Shown here: positions 63,759-64,000 of the stretch, piece by piece | Position numbering within the stretch: the stretch's first letter is position 1 | How the letters are laid out: each line of letters starts with the position of its first letter | Assembly (NCBI GenBank): GCA_017857875.1 | Contig: JAFMCH010000001.1 | Span: 3,745-67,744 of the forward strand | Direction of reading: 5' to 3' | DNA length: 64,000 bases | Source: Actinomycetota bacterium | Lineage (GTDB): Bacteria; Actinomycetota; Actinomycetes; S36-B12 | The notes under the pieces: model-generated | Databases searched by the model: none | What the model was told of the DNA's origin: nothing | The model's input: the letters and a program-made list of their open reading frames with translations, nothing else | Made by a program: the position numbers and the translations under genes

Positions 63759-64000
63759 TCAGCACACCTTCACCCCACGCTTGCTCGGTTGAGTCAATAA
63801 CGACGTCATCCCAGTCGGTCAGCATTTGCTGCCATTGACTCACCGAAAATAAGCCACAGTCGTGCCGATCGTGGACAACCTCCACGTAACCATCTCCGTG
63901 GCGCAGCATGAATGCGTAGTCCACTCGCACAAAATTTTCGCCGTCGCGGGCTTCATGCACCCATTCGCAAAAGCGCGCGCCCCTTCCGTCGGGGGCATCA
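63733..64000 (-). CDS. Probable SAM-dependent methyltransferase, C-terminal part only (5' end outside the window)
   Basis: The frame stays open upstream of the listed ATG 63960 to the window edge. The functional guess rests on weak C-terminal resemblance only. Confidence 0.35.
   Translation of the reverse strand, partial: DAPDGRGARFCEWVHEARDGENFVRVDYAFMLRHGDGYVEVVHDRHDCGLFSVSQWQQMLTDWDDVVIDSTEQAWGEGVLITARRSRQ

Noticed and set aside
1-64000. Search for CRISPR arrays, rRNA, tRNA and tmRNA, and for toxin-antitoxin or defence-type gene pairs
   Set aside because: I saw no regularly spaced direct repeats, rRNA-like segments or foldable tRNAs in the spacers. I recognised no nuclease, ATPase, methylase or small paired ORFs typical of defence or TA loci.

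Overview
The window reads as a roughly 60% GC chromosome segment from an Actinomycetota-type (high-GC Gram-positive) bacterium. All functional calls come from reading motifs in the supplied translations and DNA by eye. No database search or folding program was run.

Layout:
- (i) 1-5.6 kb: housekeeping and redox genes. These are the 3' end of an L,D-transpeptidase gene, a HelD-like RNAP-associated helicase, a Prx5-type peroxiredoxin, NDH-2 and a YczE-like membrane protein.
- (ii) 5.7-11.3 kb: a co-directional module of SDR, SDR, GntR, family III CoA-transferase, acyl-CoA dehydrogenase and CitE-like lyase.
- (iii) 11.3-26.2 kb: a compositionally distinct island (about 50% GC in spot counts) with long spacers. 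It carries two CMD/AhpD-like genes, a DMT transporter, a maleate-isomerase-like gene translationally coupled to a cupin, a Dpp-type ABC importer with an embedded alpha/beta hydrolase, an internally deleted IS3-family relic, and a two-gene cassette of unknown function. A truncated DMT gene fragment sits at its right edge.
- (iv) 26.4-46.2 kb: a catabolic supercluster with no regulator gene. It holds two amidase-signature enzymes, DUF2848, two SDRs, two paralogous pairs of GMC flavoenzyme plus small subunit, a second Dpp-type ABC importer, an overlapping MmgE/PrpD - PaaK-like ligase - amidase tricistron, a crotonase and a PuuE-like deacetylase.
- (v) 46.3-53.2 kb: a CrtI-like oxidoreductase, a CxxC membrane protein, an SMP-30-like propeller, a DrrAB-type ABC exporter and an ABC1 kinase.
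- (vi) 53.3-64 kb: the conserved actinobacterial core block rplI-rpsR-ssb-rpsF, xthA, GT87, ponA, (MFS and cadI-like inserted), DUF5318, PadR and ino1.

I saw no rRNA, tRNA or CRISPR array.

The best candidates for something undescribed:
- the PrpD-like/ligase/amidase tricistron and the surrounding amide-catabolic supercluster;
- the cytochrome-less GMC plus small-subunit pairs, which carry a 4-Cys motif;
- the CxxC two-gene cassette at the island edge;
- the maleate-isomerase-like/cupin pair that appears to lack both catalytic cysteines;
- a shared palindromic operator linking the cadI-like gene to the PadR-ino1 promoter.
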